From Anaerolineae bacterium (GTDB lineage: Bacteria > Chloroflexota > Anaerolineae > Aggregatilineales > Phototrophicaceae): a stretch of DNA of 64,000 nucleotides. The notes beneath the pieces were generated by a model. It was not told the DNA's origin. It worked only from the letters and a program-made list of their open reading frames with translations, and made no database searches. How positions within the stretch are numbered: position 1 is the stretch's first letter; each line of letters opens with the position of its first letter. Of this stretch, positions 29,163-38,339 are shown piece by piece. The position numbers were made by a program, and so were the translations under genes. The stretch is taken from assembly GCA_048499435.1 (NCBI GenBank), contig JASNZW010000006.1, positions 103,942 to 167,941 on the forward strand, given 5' to 3'.

Positions 29163-29792
29163 CTACAGATAATAGGTCATGCGCTGCAGGTGCAGCACCG
29201 GGTCAATATACTGCACATACACACTCGACGGCACATTGAGGTTGATCGGCGCGTAGTTGAGGATGGCGCGAACGCCGGCTTCAATGAGCATATCGGCCAC
29301 CGCCTGCGCGCTTTCGGCGGGGACGGTAATCATAGCGACCTTAATGCCGCGCGCCGCGATAATGGCCGGCGCGCTGTCCATTCCCATGATGGTGATGTCG
29401 TCAATGGGCGCGCCTATTTTGTCAGGCGCGCTGTCAAAGGCGACGGTGATGTGAAAGCCCCGGTTGGCGAAGCCTTTGTAATGGGCGACGGCGCGCCCCA
29501 GGTCGCCCACGCCGACCAGCGCCACCTCCCATTCGCGATTAACCTGAAGCACCTGCTTGAGCTGCTCGATCAGATAGGGGATGTGGTAGCCCGTGCCCTG
29601 CTTGCCGAAGCCGCCAAACAGCGACAGGTCCTTGCGAATCTGGGCGGAGCTGATGTCCAGGCGTTCGCCCAGCTCGTGTGACGAAGTCACTTCGCGGCCT
29701 TCATGCAGCAGGTGGGTGAGCGCGCGCAGGTAAATGGGCAGGCGGCCGATAACGATATCGGGAATGTTAGATGTGGCTCCATGTGCGGGCAT
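29163..29792 (-). CDS. rex: redox-sensing transcriptional repressor Rex
   Basis: 209 aa. IGRLPIYLRAL..SSHELGERLDISSAQIRKDLSLFG.FGKQGTGY wHTH and VALVGVGDLGRA Rossmann motif. Confidence 0.9.
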   Translation of the reverse strand: MPAHGATSNIPDIVIGRLPIYLRALTHLLHEGREVTSSHELGERLDISSAQIRKDLSLFGGFGKQGTGYHIPYLIEQLKQVLQVNREWEVALVGVGDLGRAVAHYKGFANRGFHITVAFDSAPDKIGAPIDDITIMGMDSAPAIIAARGIKVAMITVPAESAQAVADMLIEAGVRAILNYAPINLNVPSSVYVQYIDPVLHLQRMTYYL

Positions 29793-29927
29793 CTTCCCCG
29801 GACTCCTCCGCAGACTGATAGATTGTTTGTGAAAGAAATAGCTTATTCATGTTAACAGTTGTGGGGCGTTCACGCCAGTTTCGGCGCGCATTGGCTGGCC
29901 TGTGTGTTGAAGCGCGGCGGCGATGAT

Positions 29928-29939
29928 GTTAATATTAAC
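29928..29939. promoter_or_regulatory. perfect 12-bp palindrome GTTAATATTAAC in the rex/GbsR-like divergent intergenic region (candidate operator)
   Basis: Read directly. Lies in an AT-rich stretch ~65 nt upstream of ATG 30004. A GTTAAC half-related hexamer is at 29851-29856. Confidence 0.35.
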
Positions 29940-30003
29940 GGGTTACTGGCACTTATGAACGGCGCAAACACGGCGGCGACGGCTGCTGACTGAGGACAGG
30001 CCC

Positions 30004-30597
30004 ATGAGCGATGATCGCGCTGAAAGCCGCGACGCTAATCTGATACTGGTGCACGACAGCATGCTGGATGGCCTGGGCCAACTGGCGGAGTATCTCGGTT
30101 TCAGCAAGGTGATGGGCCAGTTGTACGGCGCGCTGTTGATGAGCCGCGACGCGCTGTGCCTGGACGACCTGATGGACCGGCTGGGCATCTCTAAAGCGAG
30201 TGTCAGCATGAACATGCGCACGCTGGAGCATATGGGCATGGTGCGCCAGGTGTGGGTGCGGGGCCGGGGCGACCGGCGCAAGTTCTATGAGGCGGAAACA
30301 GACTTCTGGCAGATTATCTCCAACATTCTGAGCCGGCGCGAGCTGCGCGACCTGGACCGTGCGCTGGTTGTTATGAACAACGACACCCGCCGCCTGGCGG
30401 AGGTCATGCCGACGCTGTCGGCGGAGGACGCCGCGCTGGCGGCGCTGTACACAGAGCGCATCGGCAAAATGCAGGCGCTTTTCAAGTTCGCGCAGATGAT
30501 GATCGCTACGGTGCTGGCGCAGGCGGACAAGATGGACCTGGACGATGTGTCGGGCATTGAGCTGCGGGTGGACGGCGCGCCGGGAGCGGGCCAGTAG
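30004..30597 (+). CDS. GbsR/MarR-type winged-helix transcriptional regulator (COG1510-like)
   Basis: 197 aa. GFSKVMGQLYGALLMSRDALCLDDLMDRLGISKASVSMNMRTLEHMGMVRQV..GDRRKFYEAE. Confidence 0.75.
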   Translation: MSDDRAESRDANLILVHDSMLDGLGQLAEYLGFSKVMGQLYGALLMSRDALCLDDLMDRLGISKASVSMNMRTLEHMGMVRQVWVRGRGDRRKFYEAETDFWQIISNILSRRELRDLDRALVVMNNDTRRLAEVMPTLSAEDAALAALYTERIGKMQALFKFAQMMIATVLAQADKMDLDDVSGIELRVDGAPGAGQ

Positions 30598-30657
30598 CGC
30601 CGGCAGGATTTCCCCTTGAAGCCCGCCGCCGCCGCACATATAATCCAGCGGTCAGGC

Positions 30658-30739
30658 GGGGGAGTGGCGGAACTGGCAGACGCGCATGACTTAGGATCAT
30701 GTCTCTCGCGAGGTGAGGGTTCGAGTCCCTCCTTCCCCA
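30658..30739 (+). tRNA. tRNA-Leu (anticodon UAG), CCA not encoded
   Basis: Manual fold. Acceptor GGGGGAG/CTTCCCC (one G-U pair). D-arm GCGG-AACTGGCAG-ACGC. Anticodon stem CATGA/TCATG with loop CTTAGGA. Long variable arm. T-arm GAGGG-TTCGAGT-CCCTC. Discriminator A. Confidence 0.9.
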
Positions 30740-30744
30740 AGCAG

Positions 30745-30764
30745 GGCGCAGACAAGCGCCTTTT
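30745..30764 (+). terminator. short hairpin + T-run after tRNA-Leu
   Basis: GGCGC-AGACAA-GCGCC followed by TTTT. Confidence 0.4.
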
Positions 30765-30838
30765 GCTTACAGAAGCGGCAGCCGTGTTTCTTCTGATAGA
30801 ACGTTTATAGTGTCCGTTGTCCTTCTGATGCTATAATC

Positions 30839-30847
30839 GGCACAGGC
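30839..30847 (+). promoter_or_regulatory. extended -10 element TGcTATAAT upstream of tig
   Basis: TG at 30839-30840, TATAAT at 30842-30847, ~35 nt upstream of TTG start 30882. No convincing -35. Confidence 0.4.
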
Positions 30848-30881
30848 CGATAAGCCCTCACTCTCAGCGCAAGGATCAGCC

Positions 30882-32318
30882 TTGAATATCCAGACCGAAA
30901 AGCTCGAAAACCACACTGCTCGCCTTACTGTTGAGGTCGAGGCCGAACACCTGGAACAGGCTATGCGCGCGGCTGCTGCGCGGCTGGCCCGGCGCGTGAA
31001 TATCCCTGGTTTCCGCAAGGGCAAAGCGCCGTACAAGGTGCTGGTCAGCTATCTGGGCACAGAGCCAATCCTTGAGGAAGCCGTCGAAAAGCTGGGCGGC
31101 GACGTTTACAAGGACGCGCTCAGCCAGGCTGCGCTTGAGCCGTATGGGCCGGGGTCGCTGGACGCCTTTGAACTGGAGCCGCAGCCGACGTTTACGTTCA
31201 TTGTCCCGCTGTCGCCAACGACAGACCTGGGCGATTATCGTTCGATCCGCCTGCCGTATGAAACGCCGACGGTGGATGACGCGGCAGTGGCCGAGGCGCT
31301 GGAGCGGCTGCGCCGCGAGCGCGCGGTGATTGAGACAAGCCAGCAGCCGGCGGCCGCCGACAACCAGGTGACGATTAAGGTGCGGGCGGAGCTGCTGCCG
31401 GCGGCTGATGAGGCGGCTGGCGACGGGGAAGACGCCGAGGATGCGGAGGCGCCAGCGCCGGCTAACCGGGTGCTGATTGACCGCGACGATGTGCCTGTGC
31501 AGCTTACCGAGGCCGGTGAGATGATGCCCGGCTTTACCGCCGCGCTGGTGGGCGCAGCGGTGGGCGAGCAGCGCCAGTTCGAGCTGGTCTACCCGGATGA
31601 CGAGGAAAAGTACCCGGAGATGCATGGCCGGCATGTGCGCTTTGACGTTACCGTCAACAAGATCGAAACGGTGACGCTGCCAGAGCTGAACGACACCTTC
31701 GCTGCCCGCGTTACCGAGACTGAGGACACGCCGCTGACGCTGCTGGAGCTGCGCGTTAAAGAGCGCGAAGCGCTTCAGAAGGCCGCTGACGACGAAGCCA
31801 GGTCGGAATACGCTGGCGCGGTGCTGGAGCAGATCACGCAGCAGGCCAGCGTGGCGTACCCTGAAGACCTGGTTAATGACCAGATTGACCACATGTTGCA
31901 GCATGTGGACAACGACCTGCGCCAGCGCGGCCTGACGCTGCAGGATTATATGCGCATCTCTGGCAAGGCGCTGGACGACGTGCGCGCCGAACAGCGCGCG
32001 GCGGCGGAAGCCTCGATCAGGCGGTCGCTGGTGCTGCACGAGCTGGAGCACGCGGAACAGATCGAAGTGACTGAGCAGCAGGTAGACGAGGAAATTGAGC
32101 GCATTGTCGCGCAGTTTGGCGAGCAGGCGGCGGCTTTTCGCGGCATGTACAAACGGCGTGAGATGCGCGACAGCCTGCGCCACGACCTGACCAGCCGGCT
32201 GATTATGGAACGGCTGGTCGCTATCGCCAGGGGCGAAGCCCCGGACCTGAACGCCGCCAGCGCTGAAAGCGCCGCCCCATCTGTGGCTGATGAAGTGCTT
32301 GAAACGGAAGCAGACTAA
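30882..32318 (+). CDS. tig: trigger factor
   Basis: 478 aa, TTG start with AAGGAT upstream. [20 protein letters not shown] and [11 protein letters not shown] ribosome-binding signature. tig-clpP-clpX synteny. Confidence 0.92.
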   Translation: MNIQTEKLENHTARLTVEVEAEHLEQAMRAAAARLARRVNIPGFRKGKAPYKVLVSYLGTEPILEEAVEKLGGDVYKDALSQAALEPYGPGSLDAFELEPQPTFTFIVPLSPTTDLGDYRSIRLPYETPTVDDAAVAEALERLRRERAVIETSQQPAAADNQVTIKVRAELLPAADEAAGDGEDAEDAEAPAPANRVLIDRDDVPVQLTEAGEMMPGFTAALVGAAVGEQRQFELVYPDDEEKYPEMHGRHVRFDVTVNKIETVTLPELNDTFAARVTETEDTPLTLLELRVKEREALQKAADDEARSEYAGAVLEQITQQASVAYPEDLVNDQIDHMLQHVDNDLRQRGLTLQDYMRISGKALDDVRAEQRAAAEASIRRSLVLHELEHAEQIEVTEQQVDEEIERIVAQFGEQAAAFRGMYKRREMRDSLRHDLTSRLIMERLVAIARGEAPDLNAASAESAAPSVADEVLETEAD

Positions 32319-32334
32319 GGAGCAGCAGCTTACT

Positions 32335-32946
32335 ATGGACGTGCGTAATGTAATCCCGATGGTGATTGAGCAGGGCAGCCGGGGCGAGCGCGCCTACGAT
32401 ATTTACTCCCTGCTGCTGAAGGAACGCATCGTGCTGCTGGGCACGCCGATCAACGATCAGATCGCCAACCTGACTGTGGCGCAGCTTCTCTATCTCAACG
32501 GCCAGGACCCTGACCGCCAGATCAACATGTACATCAACTCGCCCGGCGGCGTGGTGTACTCCGGCCTGGCTATCTATGACGCTATGCAGCAGATTTCAGC
32601 GCCGGTGAGCACGGTGGCGATCGGCCTGGCGGCCAGCTTCGGCACAGTGCTGCTGGCTGCCGGCGCGCACGGCCTGCGCTACGCGCTGCCCAACGCCACC
32701 ATCCACATGCACCAGCCGCTGGGCGGGGCGCAGGGCCAGGCGTCTGATATCGTGATTCAGGCCAACGAGATCATGCGCCTGAAAGAGCGCCTGAACGAGA
32801 TTTTCGTGATCCACACCGGCAAGAAGCCCGAAGATATTGAGCGCGACACTGACCGCGACATATATCTGAGCGCGGCCCAGGCGGTAGAGTATGGGTTGAT
32901 TGACACCGTGCTGGAGCCGCAGAAGTTGGGAGCAAACGGCAAGTGA
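32335..32946 (+). CDS. clpP: ATP-dependent Clp protease proteolytic subunit
   Basis: ATG 32335 preceded by AAGGAG (the ORF track starts at 32290). [15 protein letters not shown], active-site GLAASFG, MHQP and DTDRD. Confidence 0.93.
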   Translation: MDVRNVIPMVIEQGSRGERAYDIYSLLLKERIVLLGTPINDQIANLTVAQLLYLNGQDPDRQINMYINSPGGVVYSGLAIYDAMQQISAPVSTVAIGLAASFGTVLLAAGAHGLRYALPNATIHMHQPLGGAQGQASDIVIQANEIMRLKERLNEIFVIHTGKKPEDIERDTDRDIYLSAAQAVEYGLIDTVLEPQKLGANGK

Positions 32947-34235
32947 CACAATCCTACACTGGCGAGCAGTCCTGTTCGTTCTGCCGCCGCAGCCATAACG
33001 ATGTTGACCGCCTGATTGCCGGCCCGGACGGCGTGTTTATCTGCAACTACTGCGTTGACCTGTGCCAGCACATTCTGCACGAGGACAGCGCCAAAGTGCA
33101 GCCCTACGCCGCCGACTTCGCGCTCGAACGCCTGATGGCCCCGCGCGAGATCATGGCCCACCTGGACGAGTACGTCGTGGGGCAGGAACACGCCAAGCGC
33201 GTGCTGAGCGTGGCGGTGTACAACCACTACAAGCGCATCCAGAACGGCAGCGACGACCAGGGTGTCGAGCTGGAAAAGAGCAATATCCTGCTGATCGGGC
33301 CGACGGGCAGCGGCAAGACGCTGCTGGCGCAGACGCTCGCCCGCATCCTGGACGTGCCTTTCTGCATCGCCGATGCGACGGCGCTCACCGAGGCCGGTTA
33401 CGTGGGCGAGGACGTGGAGAATATCCTGCTGCGCCTGATTCAGGCGGCGGATGGCGACATCGCGCGCGCGGAACGTGGCATCATCTACATTGATGAGATT
33501 GACAAGATCGCGCGCAAGTCAAACGATAACCCGTCCATTACGCGCGACGTGTCCGGCGAGGGCGTGCAGCAGGCGCTGCTCAAGATCGTCGAGGGCACGC
33601 TGGCTAATGTGCCGCCCCAGGGCGGGCGTAAACACCCGCACCAGGAATTCATCCAGATTGACACGTCGAATATCCTGTTCATCTGCGGCGGCATGTTCGA
33701 CGGCGTTGAGGACCTGGTGGCCAAACGCGTAGGCGCGCGCGGCAGGCTGGGGTTCACCGCCGGCGACCAGCGCAGCAAAGCGGATACCGCCGCCCTGCTG
33801 CGCCACATCAACCCTGAGGACCTGATGCAGTTCGGCCTGATCCCTGAATTTGTGGGCCGCCTGCCGGTGCTGGTCAGCACCGACCCGCTGGATAAAGAGG
33901 CGCTGGTGCGCATTCTGGTTGAGCCGAAGAACGCGCTCACCAAGCAGTACCACTACCTGCTGTCGCTGGACAACGTGGACCTGCTGTTCGATGACGACGC
34001 GCTGGCTGTTGCCGCCGATATGGCGCTTCAGCGCGGCACAGGCGCGCGCGGCCTGCGCTCGATCATTGAAAGCACGCTGCTGGACGTGATGTTTGAAACG
34101 CCCGGCAACACATCCATCCGCAAGGTGATTGTCACCGGCGCGGTGGTGCGCGGCGAGGCGCGCCCGATTGTGTTGGGCGAGGGCGACAAGCAGATGGAGT
34201 GGAGCGAGATCGGCAAGCTGAACTCGGCTGCCTGA
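32943..34235 (+). CDS. clpX: ATP-dependent Clp protease ATP-binding subunit ClpX
   Basis: 430 aa, GTG start overlapping the clpP stop. Zinc finger [25 protein letters not shown] and GARGLR. Confidence 0.96.
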   Translation: MTQSYTGEQSCSFCRRSHNDVDRLIAGPDGVFICNYCVDLCQHILHEDSAKVQPYAADFALERLMAPREIMAHLDEYVVGQEHAKRVLSVAVYNHYKRIQNGSDDQGVELEKSNILLIGPTGSGKTLLAQTLARILDVPFCIADATALTEAGYVGEDVENILLRLIQAADGDIARAERGIIYIDEIDKIARKSNDNPSITRDVSGEGVQQALLKIVEGTLANVPPQGGRKHPHQEFIQIDTSNILFICGGMFDGVEDLVAKRVGARGRLGFTAGDQRSKADTAALLRHINPEDLMQFGLIPEFVGRLPVLVSTDPLDKEALVRILVEPKNALTKQYHYLLSLDNVDLLFDDDALAVAADMALQRGTGARGLRSIIESTLLDVMFETPGNTSIRKVIVTGAVVRGEARPIVLGEGDKQMEWSEIGKLNSAA

Positions 34236-34260
34236 ACTGAAGATACACGGCGCTGTGTCA

Positions 34261-34288
34261 ACGGCCCGCCCTGCGCGGGCCGTTTTTT
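34261..34288. terminator. rho-independent terminator between convergent clpX and the MBL-fold gene
   Basis: ACGGCCCGC (34261-34269) pairs with GCGGGCCGT (34275-34283), a 5-nt loop, then a T6 run. Confidence 0.8.
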
Positions 34289-34295
34289 ATGCCTG

Positions 34296-34928
34296 TCAGC
34301 CGGCGGACGAGAGCGTCTGCGCGCGGATAACAACCTCTGTCTGGCCGGCGGTGAGGCGCTGGAGGGCCAGCGCGTCAGAGCGAGCGGCCCCTTCGCCATA
34401 CACGCCCCAGTTGGCGGGGAAGACCCAGCGCGGGCGCATCTGCCGGATGACCTGGGCGGCGTCGGCCACGTTGAGTGTGCCGCGACCGTCAATCGGCAGG
34501 ATGGCGATGTCGGGCCGCAGCGTGTCCATTTCCGGGGTGATCTGCGTGGGGCCGGCGTAGTAAATGTCGTAGAGGTTGATAGAGATCACGAAGCCCAGGC
34601 CGCTGACGATAGGCTGGCCCCAGGCGTCAGACGTGCAGGCTGGCACCGCTTTGATGGCGGCCCGGTCAACGGTGAGGCTTTGCCAGGGGCGCAGCACCGT
34701 GCAGTTTTCGACCTGCTGGGCCACGGTCTCGCTGCCGATGACCAGCGTCTCTGGCCCGCGCAGCTTGTCTATGTCTGCCAGCGAGCAGCGGTCATACAGG
34801 TTGCTGCTGATGAGGATGATGTCGGCGTGAAAGGCGCTGCGCGCCACGCGCCAGGGGTCAATGTAAATCAGCGGCGGCCCCTGAATCATGAAGCTGCTGT
34901 GCCCCAGCCACTGAATACGGTCAATCAT
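34296..34928 (-). CDS. MBL-fold (Lactamase_B_3/COG2220-like) protein with a degenerate metal-binding motif
   Basis: 210 aa. IQWLGHSSFMIQGPPLIYIDPW matches the family N-terminus. The expected HxHxDH position reads SSNLYDR (34782-34808). Confidence 0.7.
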   Translation of the reverse strand: MIDRIQWLGHSSFMIQGPPLIYIDPWRVARSAFHADIILISSNLYDRCSLADIDKLRGPETLVIGSETVAQQVENCTVLRPWQSLTVDRAAIKAVPACTSDAWGQPIVSGLGFVISINLYDIYYAGPTQITPEMDTLRPDIAILPIDGRGTLNVADAAQVIRQMRPRWVFPANWGVYGEGAARSDALALQRLTAGQTEVVIRAQTLSSAG

Positions 34929-35039
34929 GAAGTTCGGCTCACTGTCTGTTTAAGAGGGCGGATACGCTGCTGCGCGCCCGCCTGACCTTTACTTTACCCG
35001 AAACCGCGCGCGCCCTCAAGGGCCTGGCCGGGCACTTGC

Positions 35040-35069
35040 TTGTCTGCGGATAAAGGGCTGATATATAAT
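35040..35069 (+). promoter_or_regulatory. sigma-70-like promoter (TTGTCT-N18-TATAAT) upstream of the AAA+ gene
   Basis: -35 at 35040-35045, -10 TATAAT at 35064-35069, ~120-nt leader to ATG 35190. Confidence 0.5.
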
Positions 35070-35087
35070 GCGAAGTGGGTTATGACT

Positions 35088-35138
35088 CTGCGCAGGCAGC
35101 CATACCGGCTTGCCAGACTGCCTGTGCGCAGCAGGCAG
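35088..35138 (+). promoter_or_regulatory. structured 5' leader with alternative pairings
   Basis: CTGCGCAGGCAG (35088-35099) pairs with CTGCCTGTGCGCAG (35118-35131; 12 bp, 2-nt bulge). The CTGCCTG segment could instead pair with a second CAGGCAG at 35132-35138. Confidence 0.35.
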
Positions 35139-35189
35139 GAAACGCCCTGTCCGCGTAGTAACTGCCGCAATGATGAGAGGTTTAAGCAC

Positions 35190-36545
35190 ATGACGGACCA
35201 ACCCGCGCAGAATGCACCGCGCGCATCTGGCATCAGAAGCCTGTCAGGGACCCGGCCGCTGGGCGACGAGGGTGAAGCCTGGGCGCCGCCAGTTATCGAG
35301 ACGATTGAGGACACTGGTTTAAACCAGCTATACGTGTCTGATCTGGTGCTGAAAGTGCTGTATTATGGCGGCGTGATGGCCGGCCATGCGATCGCTGAGG
35401 TGGTCAAGCTGCCATATACCGGCGTGCTTGACACGGTGATGGAATTTCTTCGACGCGAAAAATACGTCGAGGTGCGCGGGGCCACCGGCTTTAACGAATC
35501 AGCCTTTCAGTATATTATCACGCTGAAGGGGTCAGAAAAGGCCCGCGAGGCGATGGAACGGTCGCAGTACGCCGGGCCGGCGCCGGTGCCGCTGCGGAGG
35601 TATATTGAGTCGGTGCATGAGCAGAACCGGCGCAAGCTGATTGTGCATCAGGAAGACCTGCGCCGCATCATGACCAACCTGATTATTTCTGACGAGATGC
35701 TGAGCCGCATCGGCCCGGCGGTGAACTCTGGCCGTTCGATTTTCCTGTATGGGCCGCCCGGCAACGGCAAGACGACCATCTCAGAGAAAATCGGGCGAAT
35801 GATTCTGGGCGACGATATCTGGATTCCCCACGCGATTGACGTGGACGGGCAGATCGTGCAGGTGTACGACAGCGTGAACCACGAGCTGTCGGAGCAGGAA
35901 GGGCGGCTCAAGGCCGGGACGGGCAAGATGCGCGATGTGCGCTGGGTGCGCATCAAACGCCCGATGATCATGGTCGGCGGCGAGCTGACGATGGCCGGCC
36001 TGGACCTGGTGTGGAACGACGTAAACAAGTTCTATGAAGCGCCGTACCAGGTGAAGGCCAACGGCGGCATGTTCCTGATTGACGACTTTGGCCGCCAGCA
36101 GGTGCGCCCGAAAGACCTGCTGAACCGCTGGATTGTGCCGCTGGAAAAGGGCGTGGACTTCCTCACGCTCAACAATGGGCGCAAGATTGAAATTCCGTTC
36201 TTCGTGCTGATCGTGTTCTCGACGAACCTGGACCCCAAAGACCTGGTGGATGAGGCTTTTCTGCGGCGGATCCGCTACAAGATTGAGATCGGCAACCCGA
36301 CGTATGAGCAGTTTCGCGAGATCTTCAAGCTCGTGTGCCGGCTGCTGAAAGTGCCTTACGATGAGCAGGGGCTGGCCTATCTGCTGAACGAGTGGTACGT
36401 CAAGCAGGACCGCGATCTGCGCTTTGTGCACCCACGCGATCTGCTGTCGCAGATCATTGATATTTCAACTTACCTCAACAGGCCGCCGATGCTGACCAAA
36501 GACCTGATTGATCGTGCCTGCCAATCCTATTTTGTTGATCTGTAA
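35190..36545 (+). CDS. AAA+ ATPase with a ~190-aa N-terminal helical (wHTH-like?) region, family not recognised
   Basis: ATG 35190 after GAGAGG (ORF track start 35040 lies inside the promoter/leader). Walker A GPPGNGKT (35751-35774), Walker B MFLIDDFG, and VDEAFLRRIRYKIEIGNP. Confidence 0.8.
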   Translation: MTDQPAQNAPRASGIRSLSGTRPLGDEGEAWAPPVIETIEDTGLNQLYVSDLVLKVLYYGGVMAGHAIAEVVKLPYTGVLDTVMEFLRREKYVEVRGATGFNESAFQYIITLKGSEKAREAMERSQYAGPAPVPLRRYIESVHEQNRRKLIVHQEDLRRIMTNLIISDEMLSRIGPAVNSGRSIFLYGPPGNGKTTISEKIGRMILGDDIWIPHAIDVDGQIVQVYDSVNHELSEQEGRLKAGTGKMRDVRWVRIKRPMIMVGGELTMAGLDLVWNDVNKFYEAPYQVKANGGMFLIDDFGRQQVRPKDLLNRWIVPLEKGVDFLTLNNGRKIEIPFFVLIVFSTNLDPKDLVDEAFLRRIRYKIEIGNPTYEQFREIFKLVCRLLKVPYDEQGLAYLLNEWYVKQDRDLRFVHPRDLLSQIIDISTYLNRPPMLTKDLIDRACQSYFVDL

Positions 36546-36588
36546 AGCCGGCACGGGGGCGATTCAGGCGGGGTATGGTCCAGGGCTG

Positions 36589-37611
36589 ATGAATAGGACG
36601 TTTAGCGGGTCGCCAGTGCCTCGGCACACGGTCTTTATCCTGGCAGACGGGTCATTCGTGGTGCAGTGGGATGAAGGGCGTGTGCAGGAACTGCTGAGCG
36701 GGCGCTATCGCCGGTATGAGGACAGCGGCTTTGGGCACACGATCACTGACTATGAGCTGAAGCAGCTCAAGGCGGCGGGGCGCGTTGAGCATTATGACGA
36801 GCGCTATGTGTGGCTTTACGCCCTGCCGGAGACCAATCGGTTTGAGCAGGAAATCAAAACGCGCACATCCGGCAACCGCATCCGCACCTATTACCTGAAC
36901 ACGACCCTGCCGCGCGCGCGCCTGCATGAGGTGCAGGCGGCGCTGACGGCGCTGGAGCTGGACGAGGATTATCTGGCGCGCGAGCGCGGCGACCTGATCG
37001 CCATCCTGGGCCGGAACGGCGCGCCTTTTCGCCACCTCAAGGACGCCGAACGCGCGCTCAAGTATCTGGTTGCGCGCGCCGCTGACCTGCTCCAGCACAC
37101 GGCGATCGCGTTTATCGAGACCAACAACAGCGGCAACAGCTATAAGCAGCAGACGGAGCTGGTTAACGACCCGGTGGACCTGGAGACGATTATCGCCAGC
37201 CAGACCGACACGACAGTCACCAGCGGGCGGCGCGTGGTGGTGATCGCGGGCAGCGACGACGAGCGAACGGCTGCCTGTGAGCTGCTGCTGGCGATGCAGG
37301 CTGAGGTGTACTGGGCCAACAACGGCGCGGATGGCCTGTTGGTGCTGGAGGACTGTGCGCCGCACCTGCTCATTATGGATTTTCAGCTTCCTGATATGCA
37401 CGGCTGGGAGCTGCTGGCGAAGATCAAGGAAATTGACAGCCTGAGCGCGCTGCCGATCATCGTGATCGCGGATCACAGCGCAACCAGCGACGAACAGGCC
37501 TTCGCGCTCAGTGTGGTTAAGGTGGACGTGTACCTGACCCGCCCGGTGAGCATGGCGCAGCTTCGGCAGAATGTGTGGCTGACCCTCAAAAATATGCCGT
37601 TCATGACCTGA
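36589..37611 (+). CDS. protein with an unknown ~215-aa N-terminal domain and a C-terminal atypical response-regulator receiver domain
   Basis: ATG 36589 (ORF track start 36508 overlaps the upstream gene). The receiver segment RRVVVIAGSDDE..LLIMDFQLPDMHGWELL..LPIIVIADHS..VYLTRP retains the acceptor Asp (37378-37380). The usual Thr and Lys positions read Ala and Arg (37540-37542). Confidence 0.72.
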   Translation: MNRTFSGSPVPRHTVFILADGSFVVQWDEGRVQELLSGRYRRYEDSGFGHTITDYELKQLKAAGRVEHYDERYVWLYALPETNRFEQEIKTRTSGNRIRTYYLNTTLPRARLHEVQAALTALELDEDYLARERGDLIAILGRNGAPFRHLKDAERALKYLVARAADLLQHTAIAFIETNNSGNSYKQQTELVNDPVDLETIIASQTDTTVTSGRRVVVIAGSDDERTAACELLLAMQAEVYWANNGADGLLVLEDCAPHLLIMDFQLPDMHGWELLAKIKEIDSLSALPIIVIADHSATSDEQAFALSVVKVDVYLTRPVSMAQLRQNVWLTLKNMPFMT

Positions 37612-37732
37612 CCGCGCCAGGCGCGGATTGCAGATTGCGAATGAGGCTGGCGGCTGGTAAAGTGAGGCCGTCCGAGGAGCGGTGCGGGGGCTGGCTTCGT
37701 GACCGCGCTGTTTAGCCACACTGGTATATGCG

Positions 37733-38317
37733 ATGACAGGCGATGATAACCGGCGTGTGCCCTGGTCCGATAAGCTGCGGCGTGTAGACGGCGCAGGCAG
37801 CCAGCCGGTGGAATGGATGGCCCCGCCCGATGTTGTGAGCCGCGTGCGCCTGGATTATCTGTCGGCCGTCGCCTGGTTTCAGGATGTGGCCATGAATGAC
37901 TGGGCGCATCTGTGGGCGGTCGCGCCGATGTACCTCAGCGGGCGCTTTTTACAGCGCTGCCGCGCCCTGGTGGGCCAGGCCAGCCGGGCCGGCGCGCCGG
38001 CGATTGTGGGCGTGCTGCGCGCTGACCATGAAATCAGCGTGCGCTATTTCTCCGCCGGCGGCGCGCGCTGCCTGGTGGTGGACACGCAGCTTCACCGGCG
38101 CATGGCGACGTATGACCGGTTGGGCCGCGCGCGCATCTCGACGCAGGACCTGGGCAGCGGGGTTGTTGTTTACCGCATGGCCTTCGACCACACGGCGCGC
38201 CGCTGGACGATCGACGCGCTTGTTCAGCATCTGCCGCTGACCGCCGCTGCGCCGGACACGCCGCTGCACCTGGCGCTTTCGCCGTCTGTGTTTATGCCGA
38301 ACGGGCGCGACTTCTGA
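37733..38317 (+). CDS. hypothetical protein
   Basis: 194 aa with coding-like composition and no motif I can assign. Confidence 0.5.
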   Translation: MTGDDNRRVPWSDKLRRVDGAGSQPVEWMAPPDVVSRVRLDYLSAVAWFQDVAMNDWAHLWAVAPMYLSGRFLQRCRALVGQASRAGAPAIVGVLRADHEISVRYFSAGGARCLVVDTQLHRRMATYDRLGRARISTQDLGSGVVVYRMAFDHTARRWTIDALVQHLPLTAAAPDTPLHLALSPSVFMPNGRDF

Positions 38318-38339
38318 CCAGCGCTTACCGCCATCCATT

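Noticed and set aside
29827-29851. Possible Rex operator TTGTGAA...TTCATG upstream of rex.
   Set aside because: Only one half-site matches the TTGTGAA-N6-TTCACAA consensus. The second half is degenerate and the spacing is about 12 nt, not 6.
30658-30881. tRNA-Leu as a possible integration site of a genomic island.
   Set aside because: No integrase is present and I saw no direct repeat of the tRNA 3' end. The downstream genes are the universally conserved tig-clpP-clpX.
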